This document shows, piece after piece, positions 37,474-46,782 of a DNA stretch of 64,000 nucleotides. Below the pieces are notes generated by a model, which was given only the letters and a program-made list of their open reading frames with translations, made no database searches and was not told the origin of the DNA. The translations under genes and the position numbers were made by a program. Source of the DNA: an uncultured Acidobacteriota bacterium (lineage in GTDB: Bacteria > Acidobacteriota > Thermoanaerobaculia > Multivoradales > UBA5704); assembly GCA_963770895.1 (NCBI GenBank), contig CAVYRF010000002.1, positions 1,536,001-1,600,000 of the forward strand, in the 5' to 3' direction. Numbering within the stretch: position 1 is the first letter of the stretch; each line of letters begins with the position of its first letter.

Positions 37474-38746
37474 TCAAGCGGCCATCGTCGCCAAGCGCGA
37501 ATACCTGGCCCGCGTCAAGACGCGCGGCTTCTGGATCGCCACCGCGGTGCTGCCGTTGATGATGGTGGCGCTGGTCGTCGGCCCCAGCCTGGCGGCCGCC
37601 CGATCGCATGCGCAGGAACGCCTGGCGATCGTCGACACGACCGGCGCCGCGCTGGCCGGAGATCTGGCCGACGCCCTGGCGCAGACCGGGGCGGCGTCCG
37701 CCCACGGCGAGGTCGGCTTTTCGACCATGGTGGTCCCGCCGCTCGCCGATGCCAGCACGCAGCGCAGCGATCTCAACGACCTGGTGCGGAAAAAGACGGT
37801 GGACGGCTGGCTGTGGCTGGATGCGGCGGGCCTCCAGCAGGGCGCTTTCGAATACCACTCGGAAAGCGTCTCCAACCTGGTGACGCTGGAAGTGCTCAAG
37901 TCGCGCGTGTCGGCGGTGGTCAGCCGGTGGCGCCTGCGCCAGGCGGGGCTCGACTCGGCGAAGATCGCCGCGCTGACCCGGCCCACGGATCTGAAGACCG
38001 TGCGCATTTCGGCCACCGGCAGCCATGCCGAGCAAGGCGTCGGCGGCTTCATGGTGGCGTTCTTTCTCTGCTTTCTGCTCTACATCACCATCCTCATCTA
38101 CGGCAGCCAGGTGATGCAGGGAGTCATCGAAGAGAAGAACTCGCGCGTCGTCGAAGTGATCGCTTCGACCATCCGCCCAACCGAGCTGATGGCCGGCAAG
38201 CTGGTGGGGATCTGCCTGGTGGCGCTCACCCAGCTGGCGATCTGGGTGGCGATCGCGTCCCTGGTGAGAAGCCCGGCCATCGCGGCCTGGATCTCCCTGC
38301 CGGCGGGCATATCCATTCCCGCGATTGCGCCGGCGGTGGTCGTCCACCTGTTCGTGCTCTTCCTCCTGGGCTTCTTCCTGTACTCGACCCTGTACGCGAT
38401 GATCGGCGCCTCGTTCAACAGCGTTCAGGAAGCGCAGCAGTTTGCCGGCATCGCCATCGTGTTTATCGTGCCGCCGATGCTGTTCATCATGCCGATCATC
38501 AATGCGCCCGACTCGACCCTGGCGGTCGGCATGTCGCTGTTCCCGTTTTTCACCCCGCTGGTCATGATGCTGCGCATCGCCACCAAGATGCCGCCCGCAT
38601 GGCAGATCGCCGCCGGCTATTCTCTCTGCCTGGCCACCATCGCAGGCATGGTCTGGCTCTGTGCCCGCGTCTACCGCGTCGGTATCCTGATGTACGGCAA
38701 GAAGCCGACGCTGCGGGAGATCGCCCGCTGGGTGCGCTACTCGTGA
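37463..38746 (+). CDS. ABC-2 transporter permease (NatB/YhaP-like)
   Basis: KREY..RVK...F, VIEEKNSRVVEV, LMAGKLVG, RVYRVGILMYGKKP. Confidence 0.9.
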   Translation: MRASQAAIVAKREYLARVKTRGFWIATAVLPLMMVALVVGPSLAAARSHAQERLAIVDTTGAALAGDLADALAQTGAASAHGEVGFSTMVVPPLADASTQRSDLNDLVRKKTVDGWLWLDAAGLQQGAFEYHSESVSNLVTLEVLKSRVSAVVSRWRLRQAGLDSAKIAALTRPTDLKTVRISATGSHAEQGVGGFMVAFFLCFLLYITILIYGSQVMQGVIEEKNSRVVEVIASTIRPTELMAGKLVGICLVALTQLAIWVAIASLVRSPAIAAWISLPAGISIPAIAPAVVVHLFVLFLLGFFLYSTLYAMIGASFNSVQEAQQFAGIAIVFIVPPMLFIMPIINAPDSTLAVGMSLFPFFTPLVMMLRIATKMPPAWQIAAGYSLCLATIAGMVWLCARVYRVGILMYGKKPTLREIARWVRYS

Positions 38747-38849
38747 CGCCGCCATCAGGCGCGCCGCCCATGACAGCGCGCAACGCCGCCAATGCCGCCA
38801 ATGCCGCGCTACCTGCCTGCGGATGGTCGCCTGCCGGGAGGCGGCGCCG

Positions 38850-39644
38850 GTGAACGGCGGCGGCCCCACCTTGCGGCGGGTCAGCCTGGGCGGGCTGGGC
38901 GGTGCGGGCGGCGCGCCGCCGGTCGACCTGCTGGTCATCATCGGGACGCTCTTCGTCACCTACTCGCTGCAATTCTTTGCCTCGACCGCGCTCGTTCCGG
39001 CGCTGCTGCGTCTCACGCCTCTGGTCTGGCGCGGCTGGGTCTGGCAGCTGGCGACCTATCCCTTCGTCGGCTACGGCGGCGCCAGCCTGTGGTTCCTGCT
39101 GGAACTGCTGGTGCTCTACTGGTTCGGCCGCGACGCCTGGTACGGGCTGGGGAGAAAGCACTTCTGGCGCCTGGTGCTGACCGCCGCAATCGCGGCCGGC
39201 ATCGTCGCCCTGACGGTCGAAGCGCTCCGCCAGGGAGACCTGGGTGCCATGGCGCCAGGCGGCCCCTTCCCGTTGCTGCAAGGACAGCGCGTGTTGATGG
39301 CGATCCTGATCGCCGCCTTCGCCACGGCCAACCGGCGGGCGACCATCCTGCTCTTCTTCGTCTTGCCGGTCGAAGCCCGCTACTTCCTCGGGATCGAGAT
39401 CCTCTTCGCCTTCGTCGGCTTCCTGCAGAACCACGACCTGGGCGGCCTGCTGGGCATCTGTGTCGCGGTCGGCCTGTCTTACCTGTACGTCCGCGACGGC
39501 GGCAACTTCGGCCGCGGCCTGCGCCAGACCCGCCTGCGCGTCGAGCGCTGGTGGCTGCAGCAAAAGCTCGACCGCATGAAGCGCCGGCGCAACCTGCGCG
39601 TCGTCAAGGGCGGCGCCGGCACACGCGACCCATGGGTGCAGTAG
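38850..39644 (+). CDS. Rhomboid-like/DUF1751 membrane protein
   Basis: GWVWQLATYPF motif; multiple TM segments; C-terminal RNLRVVKG; start could be 38823. Confidence 0.65.
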   Translation: MNGGGPTLRRVSLGGLGGAGGAPPVDLLVIIGTLFVTYSLQFFASTALVPALLRLTPLVWRGWVWQLATYPFVGYGGASLWFLLELLVLYWFGRDAWYGLGRKHFWRLVLTAAIAAGIVALTVEALRQGDLGAMAPGGPFPLLQGQRVLMAILIAAFATANRRATILLFFVLPVEARYFLGIEILFAFVGFLQNHDLGGLLGICVAVGLSYLYVRDGGNFGRGLRQTRLRVERWWLQQKLDRMKRRRNLRVVKGGAGTRDPWVQ

Positions 39645-39673
39645 CCCGTCCCCACCCCGCCCACCCCGCCGGC

Positions 39674-39837
39674 CTAGTGTCCCGTCTCAGAAGTTCGCGG
39701 CATAAGTCGGCGAGTCATCCGCGCTCCTGGCCAGGCGCGCCGACGCAGGCATAGTCGAACTATGTCGAGGAGGCGCAACGCCGCCAGGGGCGTGGAGGGC
39801 CGCCGAATTATGGTGCGAACTTCTGACGGGACACTAA
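39674..39837. mobile_element. MITE-like 164-bp element with long imperfect terminal inverted repeats, bounded by CTAG/CTAA
   Basis: Left TAGTGTCCCGTCTCAGAAGTTCGCGGCATAAGTCGGCG versus reverse complement of the right end TTAGTGTCCCGTCAGAAGTTCGCACCATAATTCGGCG; no coding capacity. Confidence 0.7.
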
Positions 39838-39904
39838 GACCGCTCGCTGGCACAGGGCTGGCCGATTGACAATGCGCCGCGATCCAGCCCAAAATAGCAC
39901 CAAC

Positions 39905-39927
39905 CTATTGAGACGCCGTCTCAATAG
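39905..39927. repeat. Perfect 11-1-11 palindrome
   Basis: CTATTGAGACG-C-CGTCTCAATAG. Confidence 0.8.
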
Positions 39928-40182
39928 AGACGCGGCCGGCCGGCACCCCAAAATCGTTTACAACCAAAGGCCAGGCAACAGGTAGGAAAAGCGCGAGGCG
40001 ACGGCCCGGTCGAGACTTGGGGAAGGCTCCGCGGACCATCGCCTCTGTGTAGACCCGTCACGGCCTGCCTGACCTGCTTGCGGGCCGTGGCACCGCTACC
40101 GGATCAGTATACATGGCACGGCCATCCAGCGATGCCGGCCGCCTCTGTACTGTTCCCGCTGCTCCAACCAGCCGCGACCTCA

Positions 40183-40650
40183 ATGAGCAAAGCCCCCCGC
40201 TCCCCGCATCCCGACAAGCCCAACCCGAAGACCGTTGCGCGGCGCGGGCGAGGCCGTGTGGGGATGACGTTTGCGCAGGTGCGAGAGGTGGCGCTGGGGC
40301 TGCCGGGTGTCGAGGATGGGATGTCCTATGGCACTCCGGCGCTCAAGGTGCGCGGCAAGCTATTGATCCGATTGAAGGAAGATGGCGAATCGTTCGTGCT
40401 GAGGGTGGACTTCGACACCCGCGACATCCTCATGCGGGCCGAGCCGGCCACGTTCTACGTCACCGACCACTATCTGGGCTATCCGGCGGTGCTGGTCCGC
40501 ATGGCAAACCTGGATCCCGACGCGCTGGCCGGCATCCTTGAAGTGTCCTGGCACCTGGTCGCGCCCAAACGCATGGCCGCGGCGTTCCGGCCGGTCCGGG
40601 GGCACGATCCGGGTGGTGCGGACGGAGCAACAGGCGAACCAGCGGAGTGA
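40183..40650 (+). CDS. MmcQ/YjbR-family protein
   Basis: LPGVEDGMSYGTPALKVRGKL...FYVTDHYLGYPAVLVR..SW..VAPKR; start may be 40264. Confidence 0.85.
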   Translation: MSKAPRSPHPDKPNPKTVARRGRGRVGMTFAQVREVALGLPGVEDGMSYGTPALKVRGKLLIRLKEDGESFVLRVDFDTRDILMRAEPATFYVTDHYLGYPAVLVRMANLDPDALAGILEVSWHLVAPKRMAAAFRPVRGHDPGGADGATGEPAE

Positions 40651-40669
40651 GCGCCGGAAGGGCTCGACG

Positions 40670-40709
40670 ATCTCGATGGATCTGGATAGATCTGGATAGA
40701 TCTGGACGA
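40670..40709 (+). repeat. Four imperfect tandem 10-mers (ATCTGGATAG)
   Basis: atctcgatgg atctggatag atctggatag atctggacga. Confidence 0.8.
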
Positions 40710-40731
40710 GGGGAACAGGAAGGGCGGGACT

Positions 40732-40807
40732 TGGTAGCGCATACGGGATTCGAACCCGTGTTACCGGCGTGAGAGGCCGGCGTCCTGGACCCCTAGACGA
40801 ATGCGCC
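40732..40807 (-). tRNA. tRNA-Glu(CTC)
   Basis: GGCGCATTCGTCTAGGGGTCCAGGACGCCGGCCTCTCACGCCGGTAACACGGGTTCGAATCCCGTATGCGCTACCA; anticodon CTC; CCA encoded. Confidence 0.95.
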
Positions 40808-41085
40808 ACAAAAGCGGCACGGCAAAGCTAACACAGGCTCCCGCAGCCCAGCAAGGCAAGCCGGCGTCGAGGCACCCGCGGACGCTGCAGACGCCTCCGA
40901 GCGAGGACTATTATGGGGTCGCCTCCAAGCTCACCGCAGCAACCGGGTTGACCAGGTCCTCCGGCAAACCTTGGGGTCGCGAGTAATAGTGGCTGCCGCC
41001 TGCGCCGGCAGTCCCTGCAGGTCGGATCGCCGCCCTGCCCCGGACGGCGGGGCGGGGCGGCATTGATTCCTTCGCTAACGGGCCG

Positions 41086-42066
41086 CTACGGACAGGCGAA
41101 CGCGGCGGTGTCGGCGGTGGTGACGGTCAGATTGTTCAGGACGTTGTTGTAGTACTTGGTGGTGCCTGTCTGGGTGTCGGTGATGTTCACCTCCCAGCCC
41201 TGGTTGGTCAGGCCGCCGATGAAGACCCAGAAGGAATTGTTGACCCCGCAGGCGTTCAGCACCTTGACCGCCATCTCGAAGTTGGTCGGGTCGGTGAAGT
41301 AATAGAACACCGACTCGTCGCTCTCCGCCCGAGTGCCGCCGAACGACAGCACCTGCCCCTGGGCCTTGCCGCCGATGCCGTTGTAGTAGGTGGTCGTCAC
41401 CAGGAAGCGGTTGCTCAGCAGACACCCGTCGATCGCATTCTGGGTGCAGCTGGTGGTCTGCGCGCAGGTGGCGTTCTTGCCGAAGGCATACAGGTCGTAA
41501 CCGCTCGGGGTGGCAACGCCGCCCTTGCTGAGGATGAACAGGTCGACGGTCTGGAGCGACGAATTGAGCAGCGCCAGGGTCAGGTAGTAGCAGCCGGCCG
41601 GCGGCGGCGTGTACGTCAGACCCGCTCGCGCGATGTTGGTGATCTGCTTGCCGGGTCCCAGGTTGCCCAGGTCGATGCCGCCCAGGTCGGAAAAGTCGAG
41701 CACCGGGCTGTAGGTGGGCACGCCTTGCGATGCGGGAGTCGCCCACAGATGCAGGCCCAGGCCCTGCGTCTTGCTGCTGTTGTTGATGATTGCCGCGACG
41801 TCGATCGTCAGGCCGGCGGAGGTGCTGAACGCGACGTTGATGGGCCCTTCGATGATGAAGCCCGTCGCCGCATCCTTGGGTGTGACGACCGCTCCGGCCG
41901 ACTCGGCACGGGCGGCGCCCGCACCGGACAGGACCAGCGCCAGGAGCAGGCACCCGGCGCCGCGGAAACGGAAGCTGTACGGCACCCGGCTATATATGGC
42001 TTGCGCGCGGCTCGCTGCGCTGTGGCGGTGCATCATTGCCTGCAACCTGTTCAACCTGATTGACAT
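41086..42066 (-). CDS. Secreted protein with a conserved lineage-specific C-terminal domain
   Basis: Signal peptide ending ARA; C-terminal CLLSNRF...EMAVKVLNACGVNNSFWVFIGGLTN...TDTQTG....DTAAFACP; start uncertain. Confidence 0.75.
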   Translation of the reverse strand: MSIRLNRLQAMMHRHSAASRAQAIYSRVPYSFRFRGAGCLLLALVLSGAGAARAESAGAVVTPKDAATGFIIEGPINVAFSTSAGLTIDVAAIINNSSKTQGLGLHLWATPASQGVPTYSPVLDFSDLGGIDLGNLGPGKQITNIARAGLTYTPPPAGCYYLTLALLNSSLQTVDLFILSKGGVATPSGYDLYAFGKNATCAQTTSCTQNAIDGCLLSNRFLVTTTYYNGIGGKAQGQVLSFGGTRAESDESVFYYFTDPTNFEMAVKVLNACGVNNSFWVFIGGLTNQGWEVNITDTQTGTTKYYNNVLNNLTVTTADTAAFACP

Positions 42067-42160
42067 TGGCGCCTCCCTTTGAACGCGCTCGACGGCGGAT
42101 GCCGATAGCTTCGCCGCTGCGGACAGGAATCGCCATAGCATCGGGATGCGGTCCAGACAG

Positions 42161-42192
42161 GAAGAGCCCGGACCTTGCGATCCGGGCTCTTC
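42161..42192 (-). terminator. Hairpin downstream of the S53 peptidase gene
   Basis: GAAGAGCCCGGA-N8-TCCGGGCTCTTC, perfect 12-bp stem. Confidence 0.6.
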
Positions 42193-42253
42193 GGTCCTGC
42201 CTTGGCGGTGCGCTCGAAGGTCGGGCGGACCACCGAGGTGAAGCGGGACGCTG

Positions 42254-43918
42254 CTACGGAGCGAAGGAGTTGATCAGGCCGGTGGTGTTCGGGCTGCCCC
42301 AACCGGTGACCAGGTCATAACCAGTCTCGCACGAATAGGTGCCGTTGCTGCCGCTGGTGATGTCGTGGAAGTTGGTGGCGTGGCTCGAGCCCAGACCGAT
42401 CGAGTAGAGGGTCGGGTTGATGAAGCCGGGGGTGGCCAGACCGTTGGCAACAGCCTGCTGGTTGACCAGGGCCAGGTAGCCGGCCCAGCGGGGAGCCGCG
42501 AAGCTGGTGCCGCCCCAACCGCCGGCGCAGGTGCCGTCGTAGCAGATGTAGTTGTCGGTGTTGCCCTCAGCCGCGACGTCCGGGCTGTTGCGATAGGTCT
42601 TGGAGCCCTTGTTGGCGGTGGTGATGACGCCCGAGGTCTGCTGCCAGGTCGGGATCGCGATCTTGTTGGGGGAGATGCCGCCGCCGCTGTCAGACCACGC
42701 GGTTTCCGACTTCCACGAGCCGCCGGCGCCGTTGGTGGTCAGGTCCGTGCCGCCGACCGAGGTGATGTAGGCGTCGTCAGCCGGGTACACGTCGCTGGAC
42801 CGCGTCCTGTAGGCGCCGCTGTCGCCCGAGGCCACGAACAGGTTCTGGCCCTGCGCCGAGAACTCCTTGAAGTACGGGTCGTCGCTGCTGGGATCGGCCG
42901 GGCTCCAGCCCCACGAGCAGCTGAGCGACTTGGCATCGTTGTCCGAAGCCATGCGGGCGAAGATGCTGGTGTCGCTGGTGTCCGACACGTAGACGCGGAC
43001 CTGGCTCATGCCGGGCGCCATCGAGATGGCGACTTCGATGTCCAGCACCTGCTCGGTGTCGTCGCAGCTGCCGGTGCAGCTGAGGCTGGAGCCGTCGGTC
43101 GACACGCCGACGACGGAGACGCTGAGCGTCTGACCGACCTGCGAGAAGTACTTGGTGACGTCGGCTTCGTTGTAGCCGGCGAACTCAAGCAGGCCGACCG
43201 ACTGGCCGGAGCCGGTCAGGGCGGTGCCGCCGTAGTAGGCATGGCGGAAGTCGCTGCCGATGAAGTAGCCGCTGGGACCCGAGCCCGTGGTGTGGCTCTG
43301 GGTGCCGCCGGCCTGCGCGCCTTCGGCGTGCAGCAGGCTGGCCGGATGCGGGATCGAGTAGTTGTCGAGGCCGCTGACGTGCCACAGCGGGAACGACAGG
43401 TTGGCCGACGGCTCGCGGTCGGGGGCGAAGAACGTACGGTTCTCGGTCGGGTGCTGGTACTGGCCCATGGTCACGTTGAACGCCTTCTCGATGTTCTCGA
43501 CCGTGCCGGTGACGTTGACGACCAGCCGGTTGGCGAAGGTTTCGGTGACCTTGAGACCGTTGGCCTGCGCGTAGCTGATGACGGCGTTGTAGTCTTCCCG
43601 GCTGGCGCCGAACCGCTCGGTGAACTGCTCCACGCTCAGCCACTGGCGATAGTCGGCGCTCTTGGGATCGTAGAGCCGCTGCAGCAGCGCATCGAGCTCC
43701 GCCTCGTTGCGCAGGGGCAGGGCGATGTTCAGCTTCAGGGTCTGGGACGCCGGCAGGTGGCCGAGATAGGTCGCCTGGCCGTTGTTGACAGCTTCACGCG
43801 TGTGCCGGGTCGCCATCGACGTTCCCTGGCCAAATGCCGGGATCGCCGCCAGGCTGAGGGCAAGCGTGGCTGCACAAAGGATCCTACGGGTACTGCGTGC
43901 TGCGGGAACTGATTTCAT
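42254..43918 (-). CDS. S53-family (sedolisin/kumamolisin-like) peptidase with pro-domain
   Basis: Pro-domain LSVEQFTERFGAS; EQVLD, ASGDSG, GGTSFAAP, YDLVTGWGSP. Confidence 0.93.
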   Translation of the reverse strand: MKSVPAARSTRRILCAATLALSLAAIPAFGQGTSMATRHTREAVNNGQATYLGHLPASQTLKLNIALPLRNEAELDALLQRLYDPKSADYRQWLSVEQFTERFGASREDYNAVISYAQANGLKVTETFANRLVVNVTGTVENIEKAFNVTMGQYQHPTENRTFFAPDREPSANLSFPLWHVSGLDNYSIPHPASLLHAEGAQAGGTQSHTTGSGPSGYFIGSDFRHAYYGGTALTGSGQSVGLLEFAGYNEADVTKYFSQVGQTLSVSVVGVSTDGSSLSCTGSCDDTEQVLDIEVAISMAPGMSQVRVYVSDTSDTSIFARMASDNDAKSLSCSWGWSPADPSSDDPYFKEFSAQGQNLFVASGDSGAYRTRSSDVYPADDAYITSVGGTDLTTNGAGGSWKSETAWSDSGGGISPNKIAIPTWQQTSGVITTANKGSKTYRNSPDVAAEGNTDNYICYDGTCAGGWGGTSFAAPRWAGYLALVNQQAVANGLATPGFINPTLYSIGLGSSHATNFHDITSGSNGTYSCETGYDLVTGWGSPNTTGLINSFAP

Positions 43919-44231
43919 CGCCGCATCCTTTCGTGGAGAGTGGTCGAGAAACCACCGGTTGAATTGTGACCGCTCTTATACACAACCCAGAAACAGTTGT
44001 CAACAGCTCACTAAACTCCCCCCAGGTATGATTTTATGGCTAACTAGCGATGCGCGATCGCTGAAAGGGGTGGGGGGGTAGCGCCGCCGCTACGGCCGAG
44101 GGTGCCGGCCAGCCCTGCTGTCGCAGCTGTTGCGGCGCGCCCCCCGAAGGTGACATCCTCTTCGTGTCCCGGTACTTTCTTTTCGGCTGGAGGCCCTGCC
44201 GGCCATCTGGCGTGAACTGGAGAGGTAGCGC

Positions 44232-46148
44232 GTGGGTCTGAAGCTCGTCGCCGTGAACGGCAGCCAGGCGGTCGCGATGCCGGCCGGACGCACGCTGGAA
44301 GTCGGGCGGTCGCCAGGCTGCGACATGCCGATCCGGGATCTCACCGTGTCGCGCCACCACGGCGAGATCGAGGCCACCCCTGCCGGCCTGCGCATCCGCG
44401 ACCTGGGCTCGACCAACGGCACCTTCATCAACGGTGCGCGCATCGGCGAAGGCCTGGCGGCTCCCGGGGCGCGGGTAACCTTCGGCAAGGTCGCGTTCCA
44501 GGTGGTGGAGGAGCGCGGCGACGACGAGACCGTGGGCGGCGCCGCGGCCAGGCCCGACGGCGAAGGCCTGGTCATCCTGGGCCAGGCGCGCGCCCAGAGC
44601 TACACCGACATTGCCACCCTGCTGGCGCCCGACTCCGGCTCGCAGGCGACAGCGGCGGGCGGCCTGCGCCTGCGCGGCCGCGGCGCCGGCCCGGTGGAGC
44701 GGCGGGCGGCCTCCCTGGCCTTGCTGCTCGAAGTTTCCAAGGAGCTGTCCCAACAGGGCGAGCCGGCGCGGCTGCTCGAAAAAACGGCGCGCCTGATCAT
44801 GCAGGTCATGGCCGTCGATCGGGTGGACGTCCTGATGCGCGGCGACGACGATGAGATGGTGCCGCGGGTCAGCAAGGTGCGGGCCGGCGCCGCCAGCGCC
44901 GGCGGGCAGATCGCGCGCGCCGCGGTGCAAAAGGCGGTCGAGGAACGCGTCGCCCTCTTATTGGTGGAAAGCACCCCCGAAATGGGCACCGACGCCATCT
45001 CCCCCGCCGGCTCTCCGGCAACCCAGGCAGCGCCGGGCGCCGCCGCGGGCGGCGCGGCCGGGGCGGCCGGGACCGCCGCCGGCGACCCAGGCGCCGCCGG
45101 AGCCCCCCTGGCAACCGCCGGCGCCGCGGCCGGGCTTGCCGTGGCGGCGCCGCCAGCCGACGATCGCGCCTCGACCGACCGCGTCGCCGAAGCGCGGGAG
45201 CGCCACGCCGAAGGCGCCGCCGACGCCGCGGGCGCGCCGCCAAACCGGCAGGCCCCTCTCGACGCCGCCGGCGCCGCCGGCGGCACCGGCGCCAACGGCT
45301 TGCTCGGAGACGTCATCTGCGCGCCGCTTCTGGGCATGCAGGCGACGGTGCTGGGCATGCTGTGCGCCAGCACGCCGGCGGCGCGCACCCTGGGGCGCGA
45401 GGACCTGGACTTCCTGACCGGTCTGGCCGGCATCGTCGCGGTCACCCTGGAAAACCTCGTGCTGGCCGAGCGGGCGCGCGGCGAAGCGGTGGCGCAGGCC
45501 GGCCACCAGCGGCACTTCGCCCCCTTTGTCGCCGAGCAGATCGCCGGCCACGACGGCGCCGTCGACCTGGGTGCCTCCCGGCGGCGCGCGGTGATCCTCG
45601 ACTGCGAGATCCGCGACTTTGCGGCGCTCACCGCGGCGCTTCCACCGGCGGAGGTGGCACACCTGCTGGACGAATTCTTCAGCGAGATGATCGACGTGGT
45701 GTTCGAGCACGGCGGCACCCTCGACAAGACGACCGGCGCCGGCCTGGTCGCGCTCTGGGGCGTGCCGCTCAGCCACCATGACGACGCCGACCTGGCGGTG
45801 CAGGCCGCGGTCGAGATGCAGCGCGGCGTCGAGCGTCTGAACGTCGAATGGAGCCGCCAGGGACGCCCTCACCTGGCGATGGCCGCCGGCATGGACCTGG
45901 GGGAGGTCTTCGCCGGCCAGGTCGGCAGCGATCGCCGGCGCGACTTCACCGCCATCGGCCAACCGGTCGAGCGCGCGGCGCAGCTCCGCGCCGCCGCCAC
46001 CGCGGGAGACATCCTGGCCAGCGAGGCGCTGCTCGAAGCGCTGTCCAGCCCGCCGCCGGTCGAAGCGATGCCCGCAAGCCCGGCGTGCAGGATCGATTGG
46101 CGCACGCCGCCGACCCTGCGCCAGTCCGACAATGTGGCCGGCGCCTAG
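44232..46148 (+). CDS. FHA + GAF + class III adenylate/guanylate cyclase-like protein (degenerate catalytic motifs)
   Basis: FHA motifs VGR, VSRHH, DLGSTNGTFING; GAF ICAPLLG; cyclase fold HGGTLDK, GEVFAGQVGS.RRRDFTAIG. Confidence 0.85.
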   Translation: MGLKLVAVNGSQAVAMPAGRTLEVGRSPGCDMPIRDLTVSRHHGEIEATPAGLRIRDLGSTNGTFINGARIGEGLAAPGARVTFGKVAFQVVEERGDDETVGGAAARPDGEGLVILGQARAQSYTDIATLLAPDSGSQATAAGGLRLRGRGAGPVERRAASLALLLEVSKELSQQGEPARLLEKTARLIMQVMAVDRVDVLMRGDDDEMVPRVSKVRAGAASAGGQIARAAVQKAVEERVALLLVESTPEMGTDAISPAGSPATQAAPGAAAGGAAGAAGTAAGDPGAAGAPLATAGAAAGLAVAAPPADDRASTDRVAEARERHAEGAADAAGAPPNRQAPLDAAGAAGGTGANGLLGDVICAPLLGMQATVLGMLCASTPAARTLGREDLDFLTGLAGIVAVTLENLVLAERARGEAVAQAGHQRHFAPFVAEQIAGHDGAVDLGASRRRAVILDCEIRDFAALTAALPPAEVAHLLDEFFSEMIDVVFEHGGTLDKTTGAGLVALWGVPLSHHDDADLAVQAAVEMQRGVERLNVEWSRQGRPHLAMAAGMDLGEVFAGQVGSDRRRDFTAIGQPVERAAQLRAAATAGDILASEALLEALSSPPPVEAMPASPACRIDWRTPPTLRQSDNVAGA

Positions 46149-46195
46149 TCCGGCGAGGTCTGCGCGCGATTGCCACGCAGGCGCCGGGCTCGCCG

Positions 46196-46600
46196 TCAGT
46201 CGGCGATCTGCTTGAAGACGACCCTCACCCCGTCGGGGTCGTGGGTGTCGAACAGCAGGCTGCCGTCGCCATCCCGGCGCAGGCCGCCGGGGATGTTGCG
46301 GTCGCGCCCGATCAGCTCCTGGTAGGCCTTTTCGGCGGACGGCACCATCATGACCAGAACCAGCTTGTGGTGCGGCCCCTGGTAGTCGAAGCTCTCGTCG
46401 CGCTCGCGGTCCTCTGCCGCGGCGCCGGCCGCCCGCCCGAGCACTTCCAGCACCGCCGATCCCGCCTGGTACAGCGCCCCCCTGCCGTCGTCGCGGTCCC
46501 AGCTTTGCAGCCGCGGCAGGGACAACGTATCGCCGTAGAACCGGCAAGTGCGCTCGAAGTTCCTGGCGCGGATCACCGCCCGAAACTGCCGAATCTCCAT
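46196..46600 (-). CDS. VOC/glyoxalase-family protein
   Basis: RFYGDTLSL and HDPDGVRV motifs; GGGAGG RBS. Confidence 0.85.
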   Translation of the reverse strand: MEIRQFRAVIRARNFERTCRFYGDTLSLPRLQSWDRDDGRGALYQAGSAVLEVLGRAAGAAAEDRERDESFDYQGPHHKLVLVMMVPSAEKAYQELIGRDRNIPGGLRRDGDGSLLFDTHDPDGVRVVFKQIAD

Positions 46601-46782
46601 TGGTCTTCCTCCCTGTCGGACGTCGTCTGTTGGGGCGCTGCGGCCGCGACGCCGCCGGCCCCCGCCACCGCGGCAAGCGGCCGTAGCATTACCACAGAAT
46701 CCTGCCCGGCTTCAAAGCCCCGCCGCCGCCCGGCCGCGGCGCGGCGGCCGGTGCGACGCCGGCTCGGTGGTATCCTTCCGGG

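Noticed and set aside
40670-40709. CRISPR array
   Set aside because: The 10-bp units have no spacers and no cas genes are present. No CRISPR array was seen anywhere in the window.
39840-40807. Integrative element at tRNA-Glu
   Set aside because: No integrase gene is present and I found no duplicated tRNA 3' end (att site) in the window.
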